From the NCBI GenBank assembly GCA_051294375.1, contig CM119268.1:9250718-9314717 (forward strand): 64,000 bases of DNA. Reading direction: 5' to 3'. Every line of letters begins with the position of its first letter. Positions within the stretch are counted from its first letter, which is position 1. Source of the DNA: Paraspadella gotoi (Eukaryota > Animalia > Chaetognatha). Below the pieces are notes generated by a model, which saw nothing but the letters and a program-made list of their open reading frames with translations, did not search any database and was not told where the DNA came from. A program made the position numbers and the translations under genes. Below, one piece after another: positions 9,694-23,072 of the stretch.

Positions 9694-12600
9694 ATGGCAA
9701 CAACCTCTTCGGCAGTTTCTCATTCGGTCAATGAAAAATCGCCGGCCATTGGAATCGGTAAGAACTAAAAATTTTAATTCATGAAAAATTTGATTCTTTT
9801 CTATTAAAGTATTCTTTACCTGTACCTTTCCTAATGTCCATTTTAATTTTTCAAGGTCGCTGTGACTTCGCTCCAGCCTGGTTAAAATTGGCTCATTCCA
9901 CGTCATCGTCTTCGTCTTCTTCTCAGCCTCGATTAATATCGAATCCGTCGTCTTCGGCTCACCCTAGCTATTCCACTCCACGCGCTCGCACCCCGAATGG
10001 CTTCGACTTTGAGCATCCACATCACTCCCACCATCATCCTCCTTCGCGGTCCACGACCTCGTCCTCTTCATTAGGGGTAAATCGAGCCCCGGCGGCAAAG
10101 CATGGCGGTCCGCGTCTCGCTCCCGATGGAGCTGGGCGGAACGGCGGCGGTTCCGGAGCCCTTGATCGAGGATATTCGGAATCGCACAACCAGCAGAATC
10201 ATCATCCGTACGTGAGGCGACAGAAAAGTTTGGACAGTTTCGGCGCCAGGCACGACTCTTCCTCGGGTCATCGATCTTCGCCACCACCGGGTAAATTGGC
10301 GAACACCTTGTTCATGCAGTTACGGTAGAATTAGAATCATGAGGTTGCAGAAATTGTACCTTGTTTTTTTCATGACTTCAGCCCGTTCCGATGGATCGTC
10401 GCGCGGATTCGATTCCTCTTTTCGCGCTGGTGGCGGCTCGCGGGGCGGGCGCGGCAGAAGCTCCTACGATGGCGAAGATTACTATTCCGGCCATTCGAAG
10501 AGCCGGCACGAAGACGAGCATGGATACGGAACTCAAAGGTAAATGTTAATCAATGTTCGTGTTTGTATCTCCTGATCGCCGATTGACTTGCCACATTTTC
10601 CTCCCCTAGATCTCGCGGACGTCAAACGAATGGGTCAACCCCGTCCACGAATCCAAACTACTTTTACTACGGAACTCCGCCGACGCCACCCAACGACCCG
10701 ATTGAACCGCGATACGAGAGCGACGACGAACACGTCAGGTGCGATCGGTGAAGCGGCTTTTCGTTAAGATCCTCTTATTTTTTTACTCGTCTTTCTTTTT
10801 CAGGTCGGAAACTGCGTATTCTCATCGGCGAGACGCGGATCATCCGCGATCCTCCAGTAACGCCCCTCGTTCTAACGGGTACGGAGGCGACGCCGGTGGG
10901 GCGGCCACGGAAGAATCTACCGCCAGCTTTTTTGAAAGGCGTCTGCGTCGCGGATCGTCGGTCAACGGAGACGCCAATCAAGGGGAGGCCAGTAACGGGG
11001 CTAGCGGTTTTGGAGGGCGTAACAACGCGGGAAACGGCTCCTCCTACTCTCGCGACTTGAAAAGGCACTCCAGCGGCGGTTTTGAATCTTTTGGCTCCAA
11101 AGGCGGCGCTCGTTTCGAGAGCGGCGCCAGCATGGACGGCGCCATCGGATATTGGGAGGAAGCTGACGACGGTGCCAATCGGAAGAGAGAACCACCACCA
11201 CCGGACGCGGAGGAAGAATTTCCATCACTTGGTGAGCTTTTGACGTCGGTCGATGTTGCGATTAATTTTAAAACTGTTCCTTTTCTTAATTACTTACTTT
11301 GTCGTTGCGGGACACTATTCACAGTATTCAAAACTTTTTATATAAACAAAGAACTTTATCGATCATTGTCCCCTGATAATTAGCACCCAAAATTTAACCC
11401 CCATTTATATAAATTGTACGAACAATGGTAAGAACAATAACTAAGTGTTATTCAATCCTCCCTATTCACCGCCTGTCCATAAAGCGACAGCTGTGACTCC
11501 GAAGGCGTCGATACGCGCGAAGAAATTTTTGTTTCCCGCCGCCGTCGTTGCTAAGGAGAAGAAACGAAGAATATGTGCCGCTAGAATCTGCGTTGTCGAC
11601 AGCGCCGCGGTCGCTGCCGTCGTCACAGACTGGCAGAATAAATGCAGAGATTTTTGGGAGGGGATTGAGCGAAGAATAAGGGAAGGGCAAAGCGATCGTG
11701 GCACTGTCTGCTGTGAGGGTTACTGCTCTGGCCGCGGGAACCAGGGCTGCGATGTGCATAATAATAAGGGGGATGTTGGTAGAGGTAACGAAGAAAAAAA
11801 TCTCTCAGCAATGAGTATTCGGACTCGATTATTCTTAAATTTTTTTCACCCCTCACTTTGCAGGAGGGAGCAACGATGGTACTCGATGCCCCGGAATCGC
11901 CATTTGGCTCGGAAAGCAGAATTCGCAGACGATCGTCAGCTCGTCATCGACACGAGTTCAGCTGAAGCAACAACACATGTCCGGTTCTGGCTCTGGTTCT
12001 ACAGGCGGTGGAGCAGGTGGTGAGTCCAAAGAACACTTTTATGATTTAAATTTTAAAAAATCGTATTGGTTAATGACAAAAGAAAAGTAGAGAAAACCAC
12101 ATAATCTGTGAACACTAAGGCGTTTAAGTCATTGTAATCTCGCAGTATTGGGTTTGATTTGCGCAGGCGTCTCCAACGGATCTCTTGTCACCAAGTCGCT
12201 GATGCCACCCAAGATGTCGCGGCCGACGACATCCTCTACGGCCACGGTCTCTTTGCGATCTTCCATCGTGTCATCCGGGAGCGGTTCCGGAGCTAAGGCG
12301 TCCAATGGGACAAGCGCCTCCACCACCGTGTTTAAAGAGGTTGGTAACATTCGTAAATAAAGACTTTAATGTAATTTTGTCGCTTATCACTTTATTACTT
12401 ATGTAACAGCAAAACTGAAAACATGCGTTTTGATCTTTTCGATTTCGAAGCTAAGTCCTGACCCCAATTAAAGATCATCTCGTTGATACTTTCCTTCCAG
12501 CCTTCGACGTCTTCTGCGCCGGCGTTGATGGACATTCCCCGATTCGTTAAACCGGTCAAGGGGCGAGAGGAGAAGAAGAGCGAGTTCCTTCGAGCGTTGA

Positions 12601-13869
12601 GAGACCCACATTCCAGACACGCCAAGTCGCGTTCGGCCGCGGGAAGCACCGCGACCACACGCTTGGAGGAGGAGATGGAAGACGTTTTTGTAGAAGAGGA
12701 TGAGGAAGAAGTATACGAGCAAAGTCGAAAGGTGGAAGCGAGGAGCCGAAAGGTGGACGGAGGAAACGTTTCCGGCGTTGCCAAGGCTGTTGAGGAATTG
12801 AAGATGGAGGGGAAGAAGAACGGGAAAGAAGGATGGGACGGAATAGGTAGGCGTATGAGAAAGTTCACTTCTTTGGACCAATCGGAAGCTGTCACTATTT
12901 TAAATTCGACAGAAACCGCCCCTGCGATGCAACTGGGTCGCCTCTCTTCGCCACCATCGCTTCAACAGCGCCGCCGCCGTCCTTCGTCGTCCTCATCGGG
13001 GGCTTCACTCCCGTCGGCGGAGGATTCTAATCTCTCCTCGAGCCTCGAGGCGGAGCAACGCCTCTTGCGGGAAATGGGGTGGGAGGAGGATGAGGAGGAG
13101 GACGACGATTGGCAGATCAGCGAGGATGAGTTGAGGGAAGTGCAGCTCAAGATTCAGGTATGAATGAGAAGCAATTTCGGTCTTAATTTTCTATTTTTGT
13201 TTTGTTATGCCGATATTATCTGAAAATTCAACTACTAGGAATTCCATAAAAACCAGCACAGAAGCTTGACTCCTCTTACGTTGAACGTCGTGTCGCCCGT
13301 GTGCAACGACGGGGTCCGGATGTCGACCTCCGAAGGATGTACACCTACTGAACCGGAGGGGCCAACGTCTCCTGGTAAACTTCATCACTGATTTTGCCTA
13401 TGGTTGTAATTTGTAATTTGAGATCAAAGCAATTTTTATCGGATAAACAAGATGCAAATGCGAACACAATTTGTTTTTATTCATTTCCTTTGAATTAATA
13501 GGCATGACTGGCTCGAGCATTCCCATTTCGGCGACGGCTTATGTCATTTCCGGGTTCGAAAACAATAACGAAGGCGATAAGGCGTCCACTTTAATTCGTT
13601 CAAAGAATCCCGAAGTCTCCGGCGACGTCATGAGAGAAGAAGTAAGACCATTATTATTGTTATTGTTATTATACTGTTATTATATTCTTTATTAAACTAC
13701 ATTTTAGATATTCGCCGGATCGGAGGTGGACGACGAAGATGGTCGAGGCGCGTGGAATCTCGACTCGGAACGAGGTGGCCCCGCGACCAAGCCGACGCCT
13801 GAATGGCAGTCGACCGTCGCCGAACCGGAGGATACAGATTCAGATCTTTCCGACGTTGACAGCGATTAA
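9694..13869 (+). CDS. Vasculin / GC-rich promoter binding protein family (GPBP1/GPBP1L1-like), about 11 coding exons
   Basis: N-terminal DFAPAWLK, central EEEFPSL and C-terminal LSSSLEAEQRLLREMGWEE are vasculin-family motifs; ATG 9694 exon splices in phase 1 into the DFAPAW exon; internal exons approximate. Confidence 0.8.
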
Positions 13870-14729
13870 ATAGAAAACGTTAAAAACTCATTACATCCTT
13901 ACGATGGCGAGCGATAAACCTTGATATACTTGGTTCCACAGAAAAAAAAACTTTTTTTTTCCACCTGCTCCTATTTCTATTCCACGATCTTTGATTCCGC
14001 TTTTGTCAGAAATAGAGGTTCGCCATTTAGGAGAGGAACCACCCGATTTTCCGTAATTTTGTTAAATTCTTTTTCGCGGAAAAGCCCACATGTCCGCCCC
14101 GAGATTGGCGGGAACGTCGACCATGGAACAGATATCGTTTGTACTTATAGGATGGATCGTCGTCCTGTCACTATTTTTTTTCTTTGTTTGTAGTATTGTA
14201 ACACGATCGATCCTGTGTTTCGTTCAGTTACATACCAACCTTGAGCGATTCTGTGTATCCAGCTATGTCGTTTGAATTTGTATTTTCTTGTCAGTGGCGA
14301 TCACTGGGGAATCCAAAGAACGTGTTCGTGGTATAAGTTCATTTTGTAGCCAGTATCCTGAGACATTGGCATCGAATAATCGATCCGTCTGTTAATTTGG
14401 CAGTGAAATTGTCAGTTTCATTTCGTCGCTTTTATCCAGTTTGTAATATTTTGAAAATTAAAGATAACCTAAACTAGCGAGTCAAGTTTCTTAATTCTCG
14501 ATTGTCAGTTTTATAAGTTTTACGGGTAAGTGTTTTATTCGCTGCCTTTTTGGTTAAAAATTAAAAATCCTGGTTACCGCAATCGAAATAGTACAAGGGG
14601 TTTTGCGCACTTATAATTTAACGTTATGACACCGTTAAGATAATTCGTGTTAACAATTTAAAATTCTCATGTTCTTTTTTAGTTACATTTTATTTTTAAA
14701 AATAAAGAAAATTTGATATAAAATATATT

Positions 14730-17700
14730 CATAGCGGTATTGCTAATTTGCTTTGTTCTATTGCATCAGTAATCATCCCACTTGGTTCGCGACCGAAATT
14801 TTTGCAAAGCAGCTCTTCGATTTAAAACCCTGTTTTTTTCTTCTTTTAGACAAGCCAATTTTTTTTTGTTAGTTCTCGGAAAAAATCTCTGAATTGGCCT
14901 TGTTATTCCGATTGCTTCAGCAAAGATGCTGATGAAAATTTAAGTATTATTTCAATATATTTCCTTCTTTTACAATTTTAGAGATTCTCGTACGCATTGT
15001 AAATGATTTCATCACAGGAAGTTTCTTTTTCAGATTGCTCATAGAATCAAGAGCAGCAGCTATCTAGATTTATTTAATCTTCCTCCATCCTGATTTGTAA
15101 GTTAACTATTTGAATTTGGATTTATGGTGAATTCTTCGAAGCGATAAAATTAAACTTGTTGCGTTTATTTGAAATTGAAAAACGAACATTTTGAATCTTC
15201 ATAAAACTTGAACTTAATGTTAAAATTGTAAAAAGATAACAATTATTATTAGTTCCTTCAACGTCATCACAAGCACAGGGAGAAAAATTGATATTAGAAT
15301 TAGTTTCATTATGCATAAGCATTAAGCAAATTGTTTTTACCAAATATTTCGAACTGCACATTGGTGGTAGAAAAAAGTTTATACAAATATATTTTTCACG
15401 GCCACTAATGATGAACTCAAAAACCTTTCAAAAAATTTGGCAAAGAAATATAATGAAAGTAATTCTGTTAGTTTTTTCGAAAATCATGGATTCAACACAC
15501 TTTTAAAAAAATTTTAAATGTTAAAATTTAAAAACTTAGAAAATTTTTTTAGGCGTCGCGTTATTTAGTTTTGCGCAATGATTTTTCCGACGAGGTCATG
15601 CCGTTCCACGAAATCACCAACGATTATGTTCAGTCCTGTTTTGTTCGACATCCATTTCACAAATTCAAGGTTAGCCCCCGTCGCCATTTGCTAAAATTTT
15701 TTGGCGGATTCAAAAATATATCTATTAGGTTTGCCCTAAATTTTAACTGCATGACATACTTATATATGTATGTGTGCAAGTATTTGAATACTATTACCTT
15801 GAGCCCGTTCCTAAAAACTATATCGAGGCCCGACGGGGTTAAAATCGCCTGAATAGCATATATTTTAGAATGTTTCCGTTCTTCACTTAATGATTCCAGG
15901 CGTTCCTCAGCGTGCTGTAACATCCTTCTTATTGAGTTGGTGTTGCCCCAGCTGCCATCATACATAAGCAGGTTCTCCCAGTAAAAACTCGGAACTCCGA
16001 AGAATCTTCATTTTTAATTTGAAATCAAAATTTAATTAATATATTACATAATTTTATAAGTGTATAATTTACCTGTTGTACTCGTTAATAGTAACGTCCA
16101 GGTTTGTAAAAAGAAAAACTTGACATCGGTTCTGCCAAATACCTTGCAAGGTTAATGATGACAATAAACCTGAATTATCCGCGTCTGTTGAGTCATAAAT
16201 GTATCCAAAATTTGTTGGTTTGCAGATTTTGTTTCCAAATGTTTTATTAATCTGTACAGTCATTTCTAAACCATCTGATACGTCCATGTTGTAGTATCTG
16301 TTATTGATGAAAAATAGTTGAAAGTAACAAAAACATGGGATTAATTTTGAGGTTTCTCAGTGATACGATTTTTCGTTCATGCATAAGTCATGAGTTTTCT
16401 CTCTTGCTATGGTTTTTTGCATCTGAGATATGCATTAAGAAAGTTTTTAACCGTTTGTGGCAACAAATTTACTTCACATTCATTATCCACAACCCGGGTG
16501 GGGTGAGAGCAAAGATTTTTTCTTCCTAATAAGGCCTTTGGTTTTTACGCCATTAGTGCAACTCAGATCCGTAGCTCCGAAGATAGCATGTAACAGCCGG
16601 TATTTTGTTCTGCCTGTATGGGTCTAAACTGGTGAGCCTTGCATTCTCTCCCATCCCCGCAACCTTTTTTTTTTTTTTGGCTCGCCAATCAATACCTCTA
16701 CCCCGCCTTATCTCATCGCTCCTTTGCTGGTCTTTCTCATAAGTGCCCACAAGGTCATAATAGGACCCCAGTTCTTTTAAGTATTCTTCTTCTTTCTGGT
16801 CAGCCTTGGGGGGGGGGGAATTAAGGGTATGGCAACACATTCACCCTCGCTAAGCACCTGATAATATTGAGGTGATTTAGCTGTCTTTTACAACATCATC
16901 CCGATTTAGCAGTTTCACTTTCCCAAAAAGATTGTAAATAATATCAACTTTTAATTGTTGAATTTTAACTGCAATGTTCTTAAATTATTGCTTAATTTAG
17001 TCTCGGAACTTACTTCTGAAAATATAAGAAAACTATTTCTCTTTGATTTTCTTCAAGGAACTCCATAACATAATTGAGATGATAGAAAAGCTTCTTTCCC
17101 ATTAATCCGTGAACTATGTGCAATTCGTTTGTTGTTTTATCTTTCGCAATGCGTAAATCAAAAAATCGTACTCCAACCTAACAATTGAATATTTCAATCG
17201 AAATTAGAAAAATATTTAAATATTTTTATCTCGCCAAACGGGCTAAAGCCCGACTTGGGGTTATGTTGGTTCGCTTCTGCTTTTTTTTTTATCTTTTAGA
17301 TCCACATGTTTCATATTGTTACACGCATTGGTTTGTTTTATTTACAAAACAATTTTTACATATATAAAGCGGCTGTCCAGCTTCTCTTCCTCTCTTTTAG
17401 TTCAATGTCGCTCTTTTTTTCCGTTGCTGCCTCTTCTGATTCGTCTAAAAACAAGTTCAGCTCTGCAGCGGCTGTCCAGCTTCTCTGTTTTATTTACAAT
17501 GAATGACTAATCGCGTCAATGAATGACTATCATCGCATCCATCATTTGGTTATCATCGCGCATCAATAATTGGTTTTCATCGTATCAATAATTGGTTTTC
17601 ATCGCATCAATAATTAGTTATCATCGCATCAATAATTGGTTATCATAACATCAATAATTGGTTATCATAGCATCAATAATCAATTACTATTACATCAATC

Positions 17701-18950
17701 AAAAGTAAAATAAAGAAAAGGTATAATTTTATTTGTGAATAACAAAACCTAAGTTTGTGCTTTCTCTCATCCTGAACCAACCTCTAATTGTTGCCTCGTT
17801 GACAAAGATTGTGTTACTGACCACTTAGCTAATATATCCTTGTTCGAAGTTAATGCCGTCCGAGGAAGGTCAAAACTTTCTACGAATTTTTTTTCAAAAT
17901 CTGAACCAATTTTTGATTCTTCAGACATGTCTTGCTCTGTGCAGAAAGCATTGTGACTCCCTAAAAAGTTGTCGAAGTGTTATAAATAAGCCCATAAGAT
18001 ATAGATTTTTAAAATTTAACCTGGAATCACCAATTCTCCAATAAACTTTTTTGTTGTATTTTCAGATAGTTGGCTCATCCAAGTGCTGCGACATCTTGGT
18101 AAATGAATGTTAGGTGAAGGAGTTGTGGGGTTAAAAAAGTTCGTTATCATTTCCCATAGGCCCCTTTTCGATCGATGTCGACCTGTACAAATTTTAGTTT
18201 TAGTTTCTAATTAATTAATTAATTAATTAATTAATCTAATTGAATTTACCTGGACATATAACGATAGAATCCTCGGAGGCTTTAGCTGCGGCGTCTTGAA
18301 AAAATGCCAGAATTATTTGAAATAATACTAGGTAAGCTTTAAATTTCGTCATTTTGAAGAAATTATGTAATGTTTTTTGTAATTGTTTTGTCTAGAAGAT
18401 CATAAATGGGAGTTATTTTTAAAACTTAAGCTGATACACAGTGAATTTAATCAAGTGATATCACAAGAAAAAAGTTGTGAAATTTTCGGTATTTGGCTGC
18501 TTTTCTTTAAAAATGTTTCCAATGTAATGTAGTATTATTAATGCGATATTTTTATGTCATCGTTCTTATCTTACTACTCAGAAGATTTAAAATAAACACA
18601 ACTCTAAAGTTACTGTGGTAAATTCTTTGCTCTTCTCATCCACCTGTTATTCTTTCCATCAAACCAACCAACTTGAATGAATCTCGAATTGCATTGGCCG
18701 ATGGCTCAAATTTTTAGCGAATCCGCTTCTCCCTTTTTTCTTGTTATTTATCCTTTAAACTCCGTTTTAAAGTTTTTCGTCTTTTAATTTAGGTATGCAC
18801 TTTGTTTTGTGGCAGCAGTTCCTCACCGCCTCAGAATGTTTGTGGCCAAAGTATTGGCCTATAACTATGGCTTATTGTATCTTGTAGAAACGTCCTGAAG
18901 ATCGTTTAAGGGTGAGCTGGATGACTCTGACTAGTAGTATCTCTCACTCT
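14730..18950 (-). pseudogene. Decayed coding-like sequence of unknown (possibly transposon) origin, interrupted by small repeats
   Basis: Several minus-strand ORF fragments (15657-15965, 16069-16287, 16553-16840) with splice-like junctions, in-frame stops and frameshifts; no family recognised. Confidence 0.3.
17540..17700. repeat. Minisatellite, ~22-bp unit CATCAATAATTGGTTATCATCG, about 7 degenerate copies
   Basis: Tandem copies directly visible. Confidence 0.85.
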
Positions 18951-19689
18951 AGAAATGGCATACAAACGTGAGCAAAGAAAGACACACTGGATTAAGCAGT
19001 CAAAAGGTTAAAAAACGAATCATGTGGCCAGCCATGAAAGTAATTTTTTAAAAAAATATATGTTACTTGAAATACGACCCTGCTAACTATACATAAAACC
19101 AAACGAATTTTTTTTAAATCTCTGCTCGAAAAATCAACCAAATGATGCACAAGACAAAATACAATAAGATTAGGTAATTACAAAATGTTCATCATATGAC
19201 TGAAAAAAAAAGGATGCGGCCCTTTCACCAAGCGTGGTTTTTTAGTTATGTACTATGTAGTCGTTCATTGTGTCAAGTTCAACCCGCTTGTAAGCATGAC
19301 GCTTTCAGTTAGTACCTGGTCGCTCATTGAATAGTCATCAGTACGTCAAAGGATCGATCCCCAATCGGGCCTTCCCTACGGAAAGCGTGAAAACTAGGGT
19401 GAAGTGAAAGTTTGGAATCAAAATTTAGCAGTTATATCTTGAAATTTATTATATTAATAAATATTAATCTGTAGTTATTTTTTAAAATTATGTTATTAAG
19501 TATATTAAAATTACAAAAAACTATATTTTTTATCTGGAAATTAAAAATCAGCGTCTTAAATATATTTTATATTTTTGACTAACTTAATGTAAGAATTTTT
19601 TTAAAAAATTATATTTTATTATATCAACTTTTTGCAAAGTATCCAAACCCGATCTTCAAATTTAAAAATTTGAATTTTGATATTTTAGC

Positions 19690-20190
19690 CTATTGTATAT
19701 TGCTCATTGGTGCCCACTAATGAATAAAATTAAAAAGTAAATTTACCAAAGTATTTTATAAGTTTTTATTTTTATATTCTATATGCTAAATTTTAATTTT
19801 ATAAAATTTTATTATTTTCTTTTTATATATATATAAATATATAAATAAAAATATGTATATTGTATATTTTATATTGCTCATTGGTGCCCACTAAAATAAA
19901 ATTTTATTATAAAAATAAAATTACTAAAATTACTCGAATAAAATTTTATTATTTTCTTTTTATATATATAAATATATATATATGTATTTAGTATATATAA
20001 TTATTATTATATTATATATTTATATTATATTATTATATATATATAAATATATATATGTATATTGCCCATTGGTGCCCACTAATGAATAAAATTAAAAAAT
20101 AAATTTAACAAAGTATTTTATTAGTTTTTATTTTTATATTCTATATGCTAAATTTAAATTTGATAAAATTTTATTATTTTCTTTTTACTC
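19690..20190. repeat. AT-rich ~180-190-bp tandem repeat (3 copies) with (TA)n tracts
   Basis: TATTGCTCATTGGTGCCCACTAA recurs near 19698, 19872 and 20060. Confidence 0.8.
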
Positions 20191-21319
20191 TAGTGAGGAT
20201 GGCAGTAAACCGTTTTGGGGCGTGGAAAACCCTCAGAGAAGATACTCAGCCCACTTTGCGCCTTAGCCACAGTTCATGCTGGGTAGAGAGAGCCTTCGAA
20301 GCTATATGAAAGCTATATGAAATCATTTGCTATCCACTTAATATGGATACAATTTGATTCTATGGTCTCCATAGTATAATCCTTTCTTTCGTTGTTTATA
20401 GAGATTCTATGGTCAAAAATTTTAAATTGATACTATGTATGATATCTTTGCATATATAATTTTTGCCTTTAGGGAAAACGTCTGTAAGAAAGATTCACAA
20501 CCAATCGTTAGCCTTCGTTGGAGCTTGGAAAAACCAAGCCACGCCTTCCCCCCGTTTTTCGTCAGTGTCGTGATTTTCTCTGTATGAATCGCGTGCGGGA
20601 CGGAACCAATCGGGGCACAGAGATCCTGCCACGTGATTGACGGGCTTGGGCTGCCTTCTAAGCTCCCTTACCCCTCCCTGGTCCCGCCCAAGTCACGCCC
20701 ACATCCGCCCTTGCACCCACGCATTTCCGGTTCGCTGGACATGCCGGAAGTGTGAGCAAGTGCGAATCCGAAAGAGTAAAGGGATACTTATTTCCGGAAA
20801 AAAAAGGACAAAAAACGGAGTGGAATTTAGTAGTTTCTCCGTACCGGATAAAGCAATAGGGAAACGGAGGAGGAAGAGGGAAGTCAGGATGGCATCAGAT
20901 GCCGATGTAGAGGAGGACGAGTATTTGCTTTCTGCATCTGGGACGAAACTTGTTTCTGGTACATTGTAAAAGCGAAATTCTCTTCTGCAGATAGAAAACA
21001 ATTTTTTAAATATTTGTCTCTCTACTTACGTACGATAAAATAAAAAAAATTTTAAAATATTATAATTTTATTTTAATAATCTAGGTTTTACTTTTTTTTA
21101 CAATCGTTGCTCGAGGTTATTGTAATGTTTATCTCGGTGGATGTGACTTGAGAAGAACTCTCAGAATTAGTTATGAGGAGCATTTTTTATTATTAGAATT
21201 AAGGGAACAAATTTGTATGTTAAAGGATAAAGAAAAGGAGGCTACTGGCTATGGTGATCTTCTTGTCGCTCCTCAGACTTCGCAAAAGGCGCGCCTTACA
21301 CCGTGTTACCTTTTAAATT

Positions 21320-21371
21320 CCATATAAGGAAAGGCTTTCCATTTTTGGAAATCTCTTCTCTCCATATTAGG
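21320..21371 (+). promoter_or_regulatory. Cluster of three CArG boxes (SRF binding sites) upstream of SRF
   Basis: CCATATAAGG 21320-21329, CCATTTTTGG 21339-21348 and CCATATTAGG 21362-21371 all match CC(A/T)6GG; CCAAT motifs near 21594 and 21626, TATA-like sequence near 21681, donor AAG|GTAAGT near 21800. Confidence 0.8.
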
Positions 21372-23072
21372 AAGCAGAAGTGTTTTTTCTCAACTCCATC
21401 ACGCAATGCTTTGCTTATTTTAAACAAAGTCATTGTATTAACTCAGTTTAACCTTATGATTGTGAAGTTATTGTTATATTATCTTTTGTCAAATTCTTTT
21501 CTCGCGATTTTAAATTAAGAGCATGGAACTACTTTCTCGAGCGGACCAGTTTATGCGCCGAAATGCTCTGACGCAAACGTTCTTTCGTTTTATCCAATCA
21601 TACGCTAGTTTTACGAAATAGTTTGCCAATCAACTTTCTTCTTTTTCTGGTGCACGAGCGTTGGTGATCCTTAATTCTTGCTATAATATAAGAGTGTTTT
21701 TCAAGTTCTTTCAAAGATTAAGGATTTCTCGTTTGTGGTCTTACGAAATAATGTTTTGGCATATGAGGTTATTCAGAATTATCTATGTTACAAATTAAGG
21801 TAAGTTTCTCCCTTGCAAGTTTTTGATTTTCTCAGATCTATTCTTGGTGTGTTATTTCATAAAAATCAAGGTGTTTTCAGTGCCTTGTCCCATTGTTAAC
21901 CTTTATGGCTCTAAAAATTTGTTTAATGTTTTTGTTATTAAATAATTTTGATGTATATTTTACGTTTTTAATATAATCAATTTTATAATTTTATAATTAT
22001 TTCGTGATGTACTATAATTACAGAGCTTGTTTTGGTTAATACATGTTTTAAGTTTTAGCAGTCAATTTGGCGTCCTGAGTTCAACCTTGTAGGTACAAGC
22101 ACATAATCTTGTACGATGATGTCGGTGCGCTGCTAAAATCTAGGAGCGAATTTTTTTTCAAAGCGGGGAAAGCTCAATTTGGATATAATAAAATAAAATA
22201 AAAGAAAACGATATTCGTATATATATGTATAAAAGAGACGATCTTGTGAAACCACCTGTAGCGAAGCCCGTGCTCGTAGTTATAAAGAAAGAGTGCCTCC
22301 AATTATTTTATACTCGGTATGATAACATTTTTTAGTTTTCAATATAAAAATGAAAGTATAACAAATTTTATGCATTTATAGAGCAAGTTTTATTTTAAAA
22401 AACCATGTAAAATTATAACCAGCTAAGTTGCTCTCGCGCATTATCGCCATATTTTTCTGACCCATTTCTCTTTCATCCACTGCCTTTCTCTCGCGATCGA
22501 TCCTAACCCGGCGAGTAGTCATCATCCTCTCATTTGGGTTCGAAGGTTCGCATTGTTTTCATATATTCGAAGAAATAGCTAAAAATTTACTTCATGGATT
22601 AAGATTTTTCTAATTTGCTATCGCCAACGGTTTAAAACTCTCAAGTTAACATCATATTATTACACTAAGTTTTAAGTCAAACTTTCGTTTCGTTTCAAAG
22701 TTTGTATTCGGGGAGGAGGAGATGTCCTACTCCCCTTAAACTGTGGATGAGCTCCCATATCCGCGCGATCGCACTACGCTCAACAACCATTCGCTCAACT
22801 ACCATCAATTGCCGTTTTTGAAAATCCTTTCGGCAGTCGCCGTTTTTTTTTCTTTTTAATTCAATGTACTTGGTACATAGCGCTTTTTGAATGCTTTATT
22901 AATTATCGGTTTGGTTAGATATCGCTAATAAAAAATGAATTTTTAAAGTTTAAACCCTATACTTTACTTAAAAATGAAGAAACGACCTTTTTATGCGAAA
23001 ATGTTCGTTATAATTTTTGAAATTTTTTTTTTTTTTTTTTAAGAAACTAAGTGTATGTTCTTCTCGTAGATC

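Noticed and set aside
17540-17700. Regular repeats resembling a CRISPR array
   Set aside because: Head-to-tail minisatellite with no unique spacers, no cas genes, eukaryotic context
19290-19350. Minus-strand CTGATGA...GAAAGCGTC hammerhead candidate
   Set aside because: Stems I and II do not pair
20190-20330. Short GC-richer block ending in duplicated AAGCTATATGA, resembling a LINE/SINE 3' tail
   Set aside because: Too short, with no second copy in the window to support a call
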